Source of the DNA: Promethearchaeati archaeon SRVP18_Atabeyarchaeia-1
Lineage (GTDB): Archaea > Asgardarchaeota > Atabeyarchaeia > Atabeyarchaeales > Atabeyarchaeaceae
Assembly: GCA_037308085.1 (NCBI GenBank)
Contig: CP147779.1
Coordinates: forward strand, 1,280,001 to 1,344,000
Direction: 5' to 3'
Length of the DNA: 64,000 bases
The notes under the pieces were generated by a model that searched no databases, had not been told where the DNA came from, and worked only from the letters and a program-made list of their open reading frames with translations. Made by a program: the position numbers and the translations under genes. This document shows positions 46,843-56,068 of this stretch, piece by piece (the first letter of the stretch is position 1; every line of letters begins with the position of its first letter).

Positions 46843-47937
46843 ATGTCGGTAATAAAGAGTATTGATCTCAAGGAGGATGAATATGCATTCTACGGCAAGA
46901 AACATGTAATTGAACTCAAGGTTTCACCGGGGGGTGCAGAGCTGTTCTTTGACGGCAGGAAGGTGTCCTCAGGAAAGCTCTCGCGAGAATTTCGTAGCAT
47001 ATTCACCATCGAAGACAAAGGAAAGCAAGAATCTTATGAGGTTATAGTAAAGGAAGAACCGCATGTACAGGTAGGATTGGAGGTTGTCGCAAGAGTTGCG
47101 ACCCCCGCTGACATTCCCGGAGGACATACCCGCCTTGAGCGACACCTTGGGCCCCATCCTGGGCCGCCGGTTGTCCCAGATTTGAAGGTGACGAGAATAC
47201 TAAAAGCTGCGGTTATCCGCGATGGTAAAAAAGCTGCGGTTATCCGCGATGGTAAGATTGTTTACAATGAAGGACTTCTAATAACATCAACAGATCTGAA
47301 GGAATTTCAACAGATTCTCCAACTGAGAGATAAGGGAGTGAAGTATGGCTACTGCTCCAAGTGTGATCTAGCAATTCCACTTCCGGACTCAAGATACTGC
47401 CCGAACTGTGGCGCAGAGACAGAGCCAATTTTCCCTGGCGAGAATCCCGTTCCTAGTTCGACTACAGCTCAGGAACTTGGTAGCCAAACTGCGGGAAACG
47501 GGCGGGAAGAATCATGCGCTGTGTGCAAGGAGAATTTTGAGCGCGGTGACTACGTCGCATGGTGCCCATATTGCGGAAAACCAGCCCACAAGATTGAGTT
47601 AATCAAATGGCTCAACGAAAAGAGACGTTGCCCATCCTGTGAACAACAACTCGACGGAAAGAAGATCGAAGATCTGTTGCAGATAGTTCCCTCCAGCCCC
47701 ACTATGCTTAACGCTCCTCATGGCAGCACGGCGGAGGGAAGGGCGACGAGAGGCGTCGACATCCTTGATGTGAAACGGAAGCTACTGGGCGTGTGCATTG
47801 TCTGCGGTGAGAAGGTGTACGAGGGGGATCAAGTCGCACGTTGCCCACACTGTCGGGGGATTGCCCATAGAGGTGATCTTCTGGAGTGGGCACACGTCAA
47901 GGGCCAATGCCCGTCATGCGGCAAGAAGCTAGATTAG
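46843..47937 (+). CDS. Zinc-ribbon plus two RING-like domains
   Basis: CSKC..CPNCG; CAVC-x12-CPYC-x3-H..W-x6-CPSC; CIVC-x12-CPHC-x3-H..W-x6-CPSC. Confidence 0.8.
   Translation: MSVIKSIDLKEDEYAFYGKKHVIELKVSPGGAELFFDGRKVSSGKLSREFRSIFTIEDKGKQESYEVIVKEEPHVQVGLEVVARVATPADIPGGHTRLERHLGPHPGPPVVPDLKVTRILKAAVIRDGKKAAVIRDGKIVYNEGLLITSTDLKEFQQILQLRDKGVKYGYCSKCDLAIPLPDSRYCPNCGAETEPIFPGENPVPSSTTAQELGSQTAGNGREESCAVCKENFERGDYVAWCPYCGKPAHKIELIKWLNEKRRCPSCEQQLDGKKIEDLLQIVPSSPTMLNAPHGSTAEGRATRGVDILDVKRKLLGVCIVCGEKVYEGDQVARCPHCRGIAHRGDLLEWAHVKGQCPSCGKKLD
47203..47256 (+). repeat. Near-perfect 27-bp tandem duplication (KAAVIRDGK twice)
   Basis: aaagctgcggttatccgcgatggtaa(a/g) twice. Confidence 0.95.
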
Positions 47938-48146
47938 CAGAGATTCTTGGAATCCATACAATGGACACTCCGGATCCATTCATTCTCGTGATTGCCTTTG
48001 GTTGACTGGTGCAGCGATAATCAGAGAATGCTGTTACTTTGCTAGCCGCGATATTGCCTGCAATTATTCGCAATCAAGAAGCTGGGCAGTGCAGGAGATT
48101 GATACAAAAAAGCGAGGGATTCTATTCTCTGCAGATTTGTCTCGCC

Positions 48147-48551
48147 TCAGGATTGTCTAAAGGACAAGCCAAGCCCCTTGGCAATGTATCCGTCGACAAA
48201 AGCGTACACGAGTATCAAGCCTACCTGAATTACTATGCCTGGGAAGTACGTGAGTAGGAATATCGACGGGAAGTTGGCTACGAAAAGTATGATGAATAGG
48301 GAGAATCCATGCACGAGCATAGTTGCTACCCCCGCCTCGATATGAGCGTCCCATATTCCTGACGTTAGAATAGTGTTGATTGCACCCATCATTAGGAAGA
48401 GCACTCCGAAAGCAAGAACTAGCCCTATGATGTATCCGAGAGCTAGGAACACCGCTAGCATGAATACCCAAAGGATCGATACAAACGATAGCATGATGGA
48501 GAACGAGATTCCATGTATGAAGTACTTGAATAAATCCCCCGGGGTTTCCAC
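48147..48551 (-). CDS. Small 4-TM hypothetical membrane protein
   Basis: Hydrophobic ORF with repeated (F/L)xHG motifs. Confidence 0.7.
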   Translation of the reverse strand: METPGDLFKYFIHGISFSIMLSFVSILWVFMLAVFLALGYIIGLVLAFGVLFLMMGAINTILTSGIWDAHIEAGVATMLVHGFSLFIILFVANFPSIFLLTYFPGIVIQVGLILVYAFVDGYIAKGLGLSFRQS

Positions 48552-48985
48552 TTTTTGGCACCGTTATCATTACGGGTAATATCAGCTTATAAAGATGTTG
48601 CTTTCAGCAAACGATCAGTCTATCGCACCAGTTGACGGCGCAGCCTAAACTCATGATTTGTGTCATCGCCGGATCAAAAAAACGCTTGTGGGCACATGCC
48701 TCCAAGAGTCAATTAAACATCGGAGAGCCTTATTATCGGGGCGTACAATCTGGCTTTGATTGCTCTAATCGCTAAAGCGAACCTAATTGCAGAAGAACTG
48801 TAAGATGAGCCAAGTCCCAGTCAGCTATTCCTGGAAAGATGAATGATACGTAGCTTTCTCAAGCGTATTTCAGAAGGATAATCCTTAATTTGTGCGAGGT
48901 CGTCAGTTCATATGTCCCCTTACTGACAGGGAGGCACTATTCTAGAACCTGTTTGATTGGTTTTGGCTCGTTATAGTCGGTCTAG

Positions 48986-50197
48986 GTGGTCAATTTGATA
49001 AAGATAACTCAAAGGGCTAATGGCATAGAGTACGCGATTAGAGATGTAATAGTTGCAGCGAAGGAGGTAGAGAAGCAGGGGAAGAAGGTTCTCTACTTCA
49101 ACATAGGCGATCCTGTGGCCTACGGATTTGATACTCCTGACTTTGTCAAGGAGGCATTGTATGACGCTACTCTAAAGCATTACAACGGTTACGCTGATAC
49201 TCAGGGTGTACTCCCTCTAAGGCAGGCTGTCTGCGAGAGAGAGAAAAGAGTGAATGGAGTCGACTACGTTCCAGACGACATCATGGTTACGTCTGGCACA
49301 GCCGAAGGAATAAACTTCCTCCTAGGAGCAATAGTCGAACCGGGAGAAGAAGTGCTTCTACCTGGTCCCACGTATCCGCAGTACCTTGCAGTCACCAGAT
49401 TCTATGGTGGAAAACCCGTCACTTACAGAAATATCGAGGCGGAAGGATGGAGACCTGACGTCGACGATCTGAGAAAGAAGATAACAAAGAAGACGAGGGC
49501 CGTTGTGCTGATTAACCCAAACAACCCGACTGGCGCGCACGCCGACGAGAAAACCGTGAAAGAGATCATTGATGTGTGTGCCGAACGTAATGTACTGTTG
49601 ATCTCGGATGAGATCTACGACGTACTAGTCTTTGAGAGAAAAGGATTCAGCACCGCTGCGGTTGCAAAGGATGTACCTATTATCGTTTCTAACGGAATGT
49701 CAAAGACCTATGTAGCACCAGGATGGAGAATTGGCTGGACGATGTTCCACCAGCCAAAAGGAGAACTGAAAGGACTGCAGGATGCCCTAATGAAAGAAGC
49801 TAGGATCAGGCTGAGTGCAAATGCTCCATGCCAATATGCATCCGCTGAAGCGCTGCGCGGGCCACAGGACCACATACCAAAGATGGTCCAGGAACTCAGG
49901 AAGCGAAGAGACATCATGGTTAAGAGATTCAACGAGATGCCAGGGCTGAGTTGCACCAAACCAGAAGGCGCCTTCTACGCTTTCCCGAAAGTCGACATTG
50001 ACAAGAAAAGATGGAAAGACGACAAGGACTTCGTCCTGGACCTACTTAAGAAAACCGGCATCCTCTTCGTGTATGGGTCCGGATTCGATCCAACCTACGG
50101 ATCTGGGCACTTCAGGACGGTAATACTTCCCCCAGTTGACATGATTAACGAGGCGATGAGTAGGCTGGAAGAATACATGCGACGAAGCAAAGCCTAA
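48986..50197 (+). CDS. Class I aminotransferase, alanine aminotransferase (AlaA/AlaAT)-like
   Basis: YAIRD, NIGDP, INPNNPTG, SDEIYD, GMSK.Y..PGWRIG, GAFYAFP, HFR.V.LP. Confidence 0.9.
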   Translation: MVNLIKITQRANGIEYAIRDVIVAAKEVEKQGKKVLYFNIGDPVAYGFDTPDFVKEALYDATLKHYNGYADTQGVLPLRQAVCEREKRVNGVDYVPDDIMVTSGTAEGINFLLGAIVEPGEEVLLPGPTYPQYLAVTRFYGGKPVTYRNIEAEGWRPDVDDLRKKITKKTRAVVLINPNNPTGAHADEKTVKEIIDVCAERNVLLISDEIYDVLVFERKGFSTAAVAKDVPIIVSNGMSKTYVAPGWRIGWTMFHQPKGELKGLQDALMKEARIRLSANAPCQYASAEALRGPQDHIPKMVQELRKRRDIMVKRFNEMPGLSCTKPEGAFYAFPKVDIDKKRWKDDKDFVLDLLKKTGILFVYGSGFDPTYGSGHFRTVILPPVDMINEAMSRLEEYMRRSKA

Positions 50198-50257
50198 GAA
50201 AGAAGGCTGGAGAGGAGATGTGACTCCTCCTAATCTCCTCTGATTTGGTGGCTGCAA

Positions 50258-50800
50258 TCATCGTTTCTTCGCGAGTTTCTCTGCCCGCACTGCGAATCGT
50301 CCCACCAGCGCTATCATGATCTGAGCAAGAACAGATAGTATCAGTATCGGTATGGCAATGAATATCACTTCAAGGAAGAGATATCCGCTGACAACGTTGA
50401 GTATTGCATATTTCCATACCAAGTAATACCCATAGAAGACGGCTGATCCAAATAGGATGGTGGATAGAGCGAAGAGGAACAAGAGTGCCTTTGCTTCGGA
50501 CGCGACTCTAGTTAGCTTCCTGAACTCCGGGGTAAGTAGCTTGTCTTGAAGTCTCTGATCCAGTTTTATGAAGAAAGCAGCAAACACTATTATTATCATG
50601 AGCCCTACGCTGATTGCCAAAAGGGCTAAGAAGAGCTCTATATCGAATGTTATACCCACAAGTATCCCAGACGCCGCGATAACATGAGGCACAATTGAAC
50701 CCAAGATCATGAGGAGCGCTATTATCTCAAGTGCGACAGTAATCGTCACAGCTGCCCCAAATACATTCTTTAGATCTATTTTCTCAGAAGCCTTCGACAT
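50258..50800 (-). CDS. 4-TM membrane protein, paralog A
   Basis: Shares motifs with 50988-51539. Confidence 0.8.
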   Translation of the reverse strand: MSKASEKIDLKNVFGAAVTITVALEIIALLMILGSIVPHVIAASGILVGITFDIELFLALLAISVGLMIIIVFAAFFIKLDQRLQDKLLTPEFRKLTRVASEAKALLFLFALSTILFGSAVFYGYYLVWKYAILNVVSGYLFLEVIFIAIPILILSVLAQIMIALVGRFAVRAEKLAKKR

Positions 50801-50987
50801 GCCTACTCCCTCTCTTCAAATCAAATGCCTAAGTTAACAAGAATTGGAGTAATCCCAGTGTCTATAAATAGATTGTGTACTGCCCAGCACGGCAAATGTC
50901 ATCGAGAAAGAAGGCAAAAGAAAAGGAGTTGCGAAGATCACTTGGGCGGCAAAGCCCATTTCCTCGCCCCCTTTCCATGCAATGGCA

Positions 50988-51539
50988 CTAGCGTTCTGTG
51001 GTCTTCGTTGCTCTCAGGGCGAACCTCCCCACCAATGCTATCACAATCTGGGCAAGGAGCGAAACAAGGAAAATGCCAACGGCAAGAGACAGGACCGTTA
51101 GCGAGAGAAATCCGCCCACTGCAGGACCTAAGGCATAGAGCCAGAGTAAAACATATCCATAGATACCTGCCGAGCAAAGGAATATCAAAGACAGCCCAAA
51201 GAGAAACAGCAATGCCTTAGCCTCCGACGTTGCCCTTGTGAGGTTGCCGATCTTCGACGTAAGTATCTTCTCTTGGAGTCTCTCATTTCCCCTTATAAAG
51301 AATCCCGCGAAAACTATCAGGATCAGAAATCCGATGCCGCTCGCTACGAGTAACAGGAGGATCTGGATGTCAATGGTTATGACTTGGAGAAGGCCTGAAT
51401 TGGAAACCGTGAAAGCAACAAGTGCGCCAATGATTATCAGAATCGCCAGCAACTCGAGGGCGAAAGTCGCCGTAACCGCGAATGAGAATACCCGGCTCAG
51501 TCGTGGTCCTTCTCTCTTCTTTTTAGCCTCTTGACTCAT
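50988..51539 (-). CDS. 4-TM membrane protein, paralog B
   Basis: Shared AVT.T.ALE, RLQ.K.L, LTR..SEAKALLFLF, LAQI.IALVGRFA. Confidence 0.8.
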   Translation of the reverse strand: MSQEAKKKREGPRLSRVFSFAVTATFALELLAILIIIGALVAFTVSNSGLLQVITIDIQILLLLVASGIGFLILIVFAGFFIRGNERLQEKILTSKIGNLTRATSEAKALLFLFGLSLIFLCSAGIYGYVLLWLYALGPAVGGFLSLTVLSLAVGIFLVSLLAQIVIALVGRFALRATKTTER

Positions 51540-51638
51540 ATCTAGGAAACACCAACCTGTTCAGTAAGTATTCTTCAGCATGAATTACTACACCTATACT
51601 CGGATCAAAGCTATATAAGAATAGCCGTTTCTAAAACC

Positions 51639-52913
51639 TTAGACAATGTTGTTGGTCTTATTCGGAGCGTTGGTCTCCTCCGTCACGCCTGCTCCAGCAA
51701 TACCAGGCCTATCGCCGGCGTACAGGTATTCACGCTTCATCGAAGGCCAAGAGGCGCCCGCACTCACGGTAAACGGGTAGCCGCATAGGCGCGCCCCACG
51801 AAGGAAAATGGCTAAGGAAGCCAGCCTGTCCCTATCGTAGTCCACGCCACACCTCCTACAAGAGCTTACTCCCTAAGCTGGGTGCTCAAGCCTTCCACCG
51901 CAGACGGGACATCTCGACGAAGTCCCCCTCGGGTCAACATAGATCGTGCGGTAGGGTGACTTATACTCGATCATTCTCTGGTACATCCTGTAGGGCCACC
52001 TGTTCAGGCAGGTCACAAACTTCATCGCCCTGCCCTTACTCTTGCTCTTGCAGGTTCTTCTTATTCCGTCCAAGTCTTCGAGGAAGAACGATGTATCTGG
52101 GTTCTCCTTCACTTGGGTGGCGGTGAGCTTGTGGAGGGCGTCTTTCACCCTGTTTCTCTGCCTGCCCCTCGTCTCCCTCATCTTCCTGTCACGCTTCAGT
52201 GGGTTCTTTACGTGCTTCTGCAGCATCTGCCTTCTGCGCGAGAAGTCGTTCTGCACCTGCACGATCTTCCCCAAGGCAGTAGTCTTCACTCCAGTGAGCT
52301 TCACGTCCCTCTTGCTTCTCGATGCGCTGGTTAAGTCCACGGTATGGAAGTTTAGGTCTGAAGCAGTGAGGTTTCCCCCAAGCGCCTTCTTCCCGTCGTT
52401 GCCACTTATCATGAAGGTGATGCATAGCACCCTGTCGGTGACGAGCAGCTCGGATGGCCTTCCGTTGTTGTACTCCTTGTAGTGCTTGTTTCTGATGTTG
52501 ATGGGGAGCCAGGCGTAGCTGCCCGGTTGCAGCGTAATCCTCACTCTGCCTCCGACCACCTTGAAGAGCTCTGAGTCTATCCTCATCGCCAGCTTCCTGG
52601 CGGCTGGTATGCCGAGCTTTCCATGGTGGTTCTTCCTGTACGATCTGAGCATGGTCACCGCCGTCCTGCGGACCGGGTTGATATGATGCCTCGCATACGA
52701 GAACCGGGAGTAGAACCAGCTTCTTATATGTCTCCTCAGTGTTATCGGGGAGGGGACCGTGCCGCCGCTTCCTACTGCATCTCCGTATGCGACCTGCAGA
52801 GCGTATGTTATGGCTTCCTGCATGTCCTCGAGGTATCTTGTGATCTCGGGCGGTGGCTGGCAGCTTGATACTATGGTTCTCTTCTCGCCTTTTGATCTCC
52901 ACGGGTGGCTCAT
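51639..52913 (-). pseudogene. tnpB: TnpB nuclease with one in-frame TAG at 51873-51875
   Basis: RuvC ASDLN, LEDL, TSSRCPVCG; reading continues in frame after the TAG: GVSSCRRCGVDYDRDRLASLAI. Confidence 0.85.
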
Positions 52914-52996
52914 GATGGTGACTTCACCGCCTCGAGCATTCTTCTCGCCTTTTTATGCGGCCTGAGCATTGGTTTCACTGAAGGTGAAGTTGCCAT
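52910..52996 (-). pseudogene. Remnant resembling the C-terminus of IS607 serine recombinase TnpA
   Basis: LRPHKKARRMLEAVK; ATGA overlap with tnpB start. Confidence 0.5.
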
Positions 52997-53090
52997 AGAA
53001 ATCAGGCCACTTGCCTCTGTTTTCAAAATCCTAGTATGTTAAATAACATTATATAACGTCCTCGGCAGCAGTCAGGAGCCCATCCTTCTA

Positions 53091-53915
53091 CTAGTAGCAG
53101 ACTTCGTACTTCGTTACTCCTGTCTCTCTACACGCTTTCCTGATTGACCTGCTAAGATCTTTGAAGTAGGTCGAGTTTCCAAACATGATGTTCTGATACC
53201 TCGGAAGCAGAGTAGGGTAGTTCTTCTCCAAGAAAGTTCTCATCGATGGCCATACTCCCCATCTCAGATTGAGCCTGTCGAAAAGTACCTGGCTGGCTCC
53301 TGATTTTACTAGTTCACGCAAGAGCTTTGTTAATGCTTCTTCAGAGTCAGAGAGCACTGGTAGGATTGGGCCTACGAAGGCGAAGGTCCTAACCCCTCTC
53401 GAAGAAAGTTCGGTTAGAGCAGCAATTCGTTCGTCGATGGGTGATGCCCCTGGCTCAATCTGCTTTCTCAGATCATCATCGAGCGAGAGTATCGTGAAGC
53501 CAACGTCTTTCTCAGGGAAACGAGTTATGAGATCAAGATCCCTTAGGACCATGGATGATTTTGTCTGTATCCAGATTGGGAACCTGTAACCCAAAAGGAT
53601 TTCAAGGCATCTACGAGTCAGCTCATACTTCTTCTCGATAGGCTGGTAAGGATCAGTCACAGCGCTCAGCCACGTTACCCCCCTAGGTTTCCTCTTTATT
53701 TCACGAAGAAGTGCTCCTGCGGCATTGACTTTCGCGTCAGCAAACTCACCCCACTGCCTACTCTGGTGTGCTGCTCTGAACCTTAGCATGAACCTCGCGT
53801 AGCAATACACGCAGGCATGTGCGCAACCAATGTAGGGGCTTATCGAATAGTCGAACGGTTCGATGCCTGAGTTACTCAGAACAGACTTGCACATTATCTC
53901 ATCTGTCGAAACCAT
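53091..53915 (-). CDS. Radical SAM protein, SplB/Rv2578c-like
   Basis: SPYIGCAHACVYCYA, TDPYQPIE, QTKS, EPGA. Confidence 0.88.
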   Translation of the reverse strand: MVSTDEIMCKSVLSNSGIEPFDYSISPYIGCAHACVYCYARFMLRFRAAHQSRQWGEFADAKVNAAGALLREIKRKPRGVTWLSAVTDPYQPIEKKYELTRRCLEILLGYRFPIWIQTKSSMVLRDLDLITRFPEKDVGFTILSLDDDLRKQIEPGASPIDERIAALTELSSRGVRTFAFVGPILPVLSDSEEALTKLLRELVKSGASQVLFDRLNLRWGVWPSMRTFLEKNYPTLLPRYQNIMFGNSTYFKDLSRSIRKACRETGVTKYEVCY

Positions 53916-54250
53916 CTTGAAGGTCGCCTTGATCGACTGCGTTCCAAGTTTTGTGGCATGCTGGAATCTGGCTTCTGTAATCGTCGTCTAGAGATGGAAA
54001 AGGGAATATTATGCTTTCCTAGCATCAGAATTCTGCAACAAGGTCATTGAGAGTCTATGCTTGAGGACACTCGTGGAAAGAACCGCAAGGTCTAAGCGCG
54101 AGAGCAGGTAGAAAAGAATGAATGATCACGGTTTCTATTCATCTTTTTCTCGGGAGAACAGTCCGAGGTTGGGCTGCATGTCGGCAGGTTGCTTCGCCTG
54201 GATCATGGATCGTTGTTTACACTAGTCCGCATTATCGACACGCATCCCGA

Positions 54251-54724
54251 CTAAACCATGAAGTACTTGGGGCAGACTTCTGACCCTTCGACCCAAAAGG
54301 ATATCTCCACGTCCTTGACACCCGGGATTCCTGTAATATTGTCCCTCAGTTTCGTCAAGTGTTCGAAGTCCATAGCTACGCCGATAGCCAGTACATCATG
54401 ATCTCCAACAGTTTTTGTAGCCACAATTATGCTTGGTATCCTAATCAGCTTCTCCAAGACCAATGACGAATCAGTGGAAGTAGACTCACTCGCTGAGATA
54501 CTTGTGGGTGAGGTATCGATCATGAAAACAGCCATTGCTTGGTATCCGATTCTCTTAGGATCGATTACAATTGTAGACCCTCGGATTACTCCCTGTTGTC
54601 GCAATGCTGCATACCTGTTTATCACCGTGTCCGGTGAGATACCAAGTTCTTTAGCGATTTTCCTGAAGGACATGCGAGCATCTAGGGTTAGCTTATTGAT
54701 GATAGAGATGTCTGTTTGATCCAT
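54251..54724 (-). CDS. Lrp/AsnC transcriptional regulator
   Basis: MDQTD..II..L..DAR.SF..IA..LGIS..TV..R; GDHD. Confidence 0.9.
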   Translation of the reverse strand: MDQTDISIINKLTLDARMSFRKIAKELGISPDTVINRYAALRQQGVIRGSTIVIDPKRIGYQAMAVFMIDTSPTSISASESTSTDSSLVLEKLIRIPSIIVATKTVGDHDVLAIGVAMDFEHLTKLRDNITGIPGVKDVEISFWVEGSEVCPKYFMV

Positions 54725-54729
54725 ATCTG

Positions 54730-55209
54730 TCAGCTCTTTTCTGGGTGTTGGAATTCGAAATTCTCTGGGCAAAGCAGTATCTCATCGACCCATATACTCG
54801 CAGTCACTTCTTCAACCATGGGATGCCTCTTTATGTATTCTTTCACCTGTCCCACTCTACCGACATTTCTAAGAACAGCCAAGGCGAATATGTTATGCCT
54901 TCCCATAGATGAAGTACAGAAAACCATTTCCTCCATTTTTTCCACAAAATTAATGACGTCCCTCACGTGAGGATAGCTGACGCGGATTCCAAGACTTGCT
55001 ACACAATCGTAGCCGAAACTTTTCGGATTCAACAGGACCGTTGTTCCTCTGGCGACGCCATTTCTTCTCATTCTCTTGAAACGTTTACTTATTGTATCTA
55101 TTGACACTCTACAATCCTTTGCAATGTCTGCAAAGCTTGTGCGAGCATCCTTTTGTAGAGCCCTTATGATATTCAGATCAATCTCATCGGTTTTCGCTAT
55201 GGAAGTCAT
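54730..55209 (-). CDS. Lrp/AsnC transcriptional regulator
   Basis: DEIDLNIIRALQKDARTSF..IA; GRHN. Confidence 0.9.
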   Translation of the reverse strand: MTSIAKTDEIDLNIIRALQKDARTSFADIAKDCRVSIDTISKRFKRMRRNGVARGTTVLLNPKSFGYDCVASLGIRVSYPHVRDVINFVEKMEEMVFCTSSMGRHNIFALAVLRNVGRVGQVKEYIKRHPMVEEVTASIWVDEILLCPENFEFQHPEKS

Positions 55210-55430
55210 GCCCTGTCCCCTTACTATAATAAAGAGCATTCAGACTTTTAAATTATACAGGTTAGCCCTCAAAATCTTACAATGTCGAATCAGAACGGAG
55301 AGAGTCTGCACGTTGGCGACGGGGTATATGCTTCCTAATACTATTGTCTTATATTGTCCGATTACTATCTAATAGAACAGACAAAGATAATAGATACGGG
55401 TGTAGATACTTAGAATGTGAGGTGAAAAGG

Positions 55431-55748
55431 ATGGAATTGAGAGAAATACTTCAAGATATTGAAAAAGGAGATTCAACTCAAGAGTTGACCGAGAAGAGAT
55501 TTGCCTGTGCTCATTGCGGAAGCACATGGACCGAACTGGTTGGGTTAGTAGCTGTTCATAACAATGGAAACGAGGATCTCTTTCTCAGAATTGGCATGGA
55601 ACCAGAAGCTTGTCAAATGTGCCGGTTGCAAGCCAGAGAGTGCCAGAAGTGCGGTTCGAGGGAAGTATACGAAATAAACTTTGCAAGGGAGGTTCCCCGA
55701 GGTGTGCCCCTTAACTTCAAGGGCATAAGGACGGTGAGCAGAAGCTGA
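55431..55748 (+). CDS. Small zinc-finger protein (three CxxC)
   Basis: CAHC, CQMC, CQKCGS; GAGGTG SD. Confidence 0.7.
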   Translation: MELREILQDIEKGDSTQELTEKRFACAHCGSTWTELVGLVAVHNNGNEDLFLRIGMEPEACQMCRLQARECQKCGSREVYEINFAREVPRGVPLNFKGIRTVSRS

Positions 55749-56068
55749 CTGCATTGGTATCCTTTGACCGTCCTTCTATTCTATTTTAGCTGGATACTAT
55801 TAATGTCTGCTTCCCTATTCAGCCGCTCATTTTGGCTTCTTTTTACATGAATTGTCTAATGAAGCTGGCTTTTTTTCCTATACTTTCGCCCACACCAGAT
55901 GAGTATCTATTTAAGCTGGTCTCCCCGACTCAAAAACTGTCCGGATGGGCAGAAGAAGGGGACCAAAAACTGCTAGCTACGCACTCGATTTAGCTTAGCC
56001 CATCGCTCGAGCTGGCGAAATAACGAGAGGTCTAAAGTGGAAAAAGGAACTAGGAGGAGAGATCAAGA

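Larger units (their letters stand above)
51625..53061 (-). mobile_element. Non-autonomous IS607-like element
   Basis: tnpB plus short tnpA C-terminal remnant; similar motifs near both ends (51627-51650, 53019-53040); GG at both inferred borders. Confidence 0.6.

Noticed and set aside
51873-51875. Amber readthrough or pyrrolysine recoding in tnpB
   Set aside because: TAG is a normal stop for many intact genes here (1196, 7888, 9576, 11080) and no pyl genes are visible; a TGG-to-TAG nonsense mutation is simpler.
52189-52902. 237-aa alternative-frame ORF inside tnpB
   Set aside because: No motifs; expected from stop-poor GC-rich sequence.
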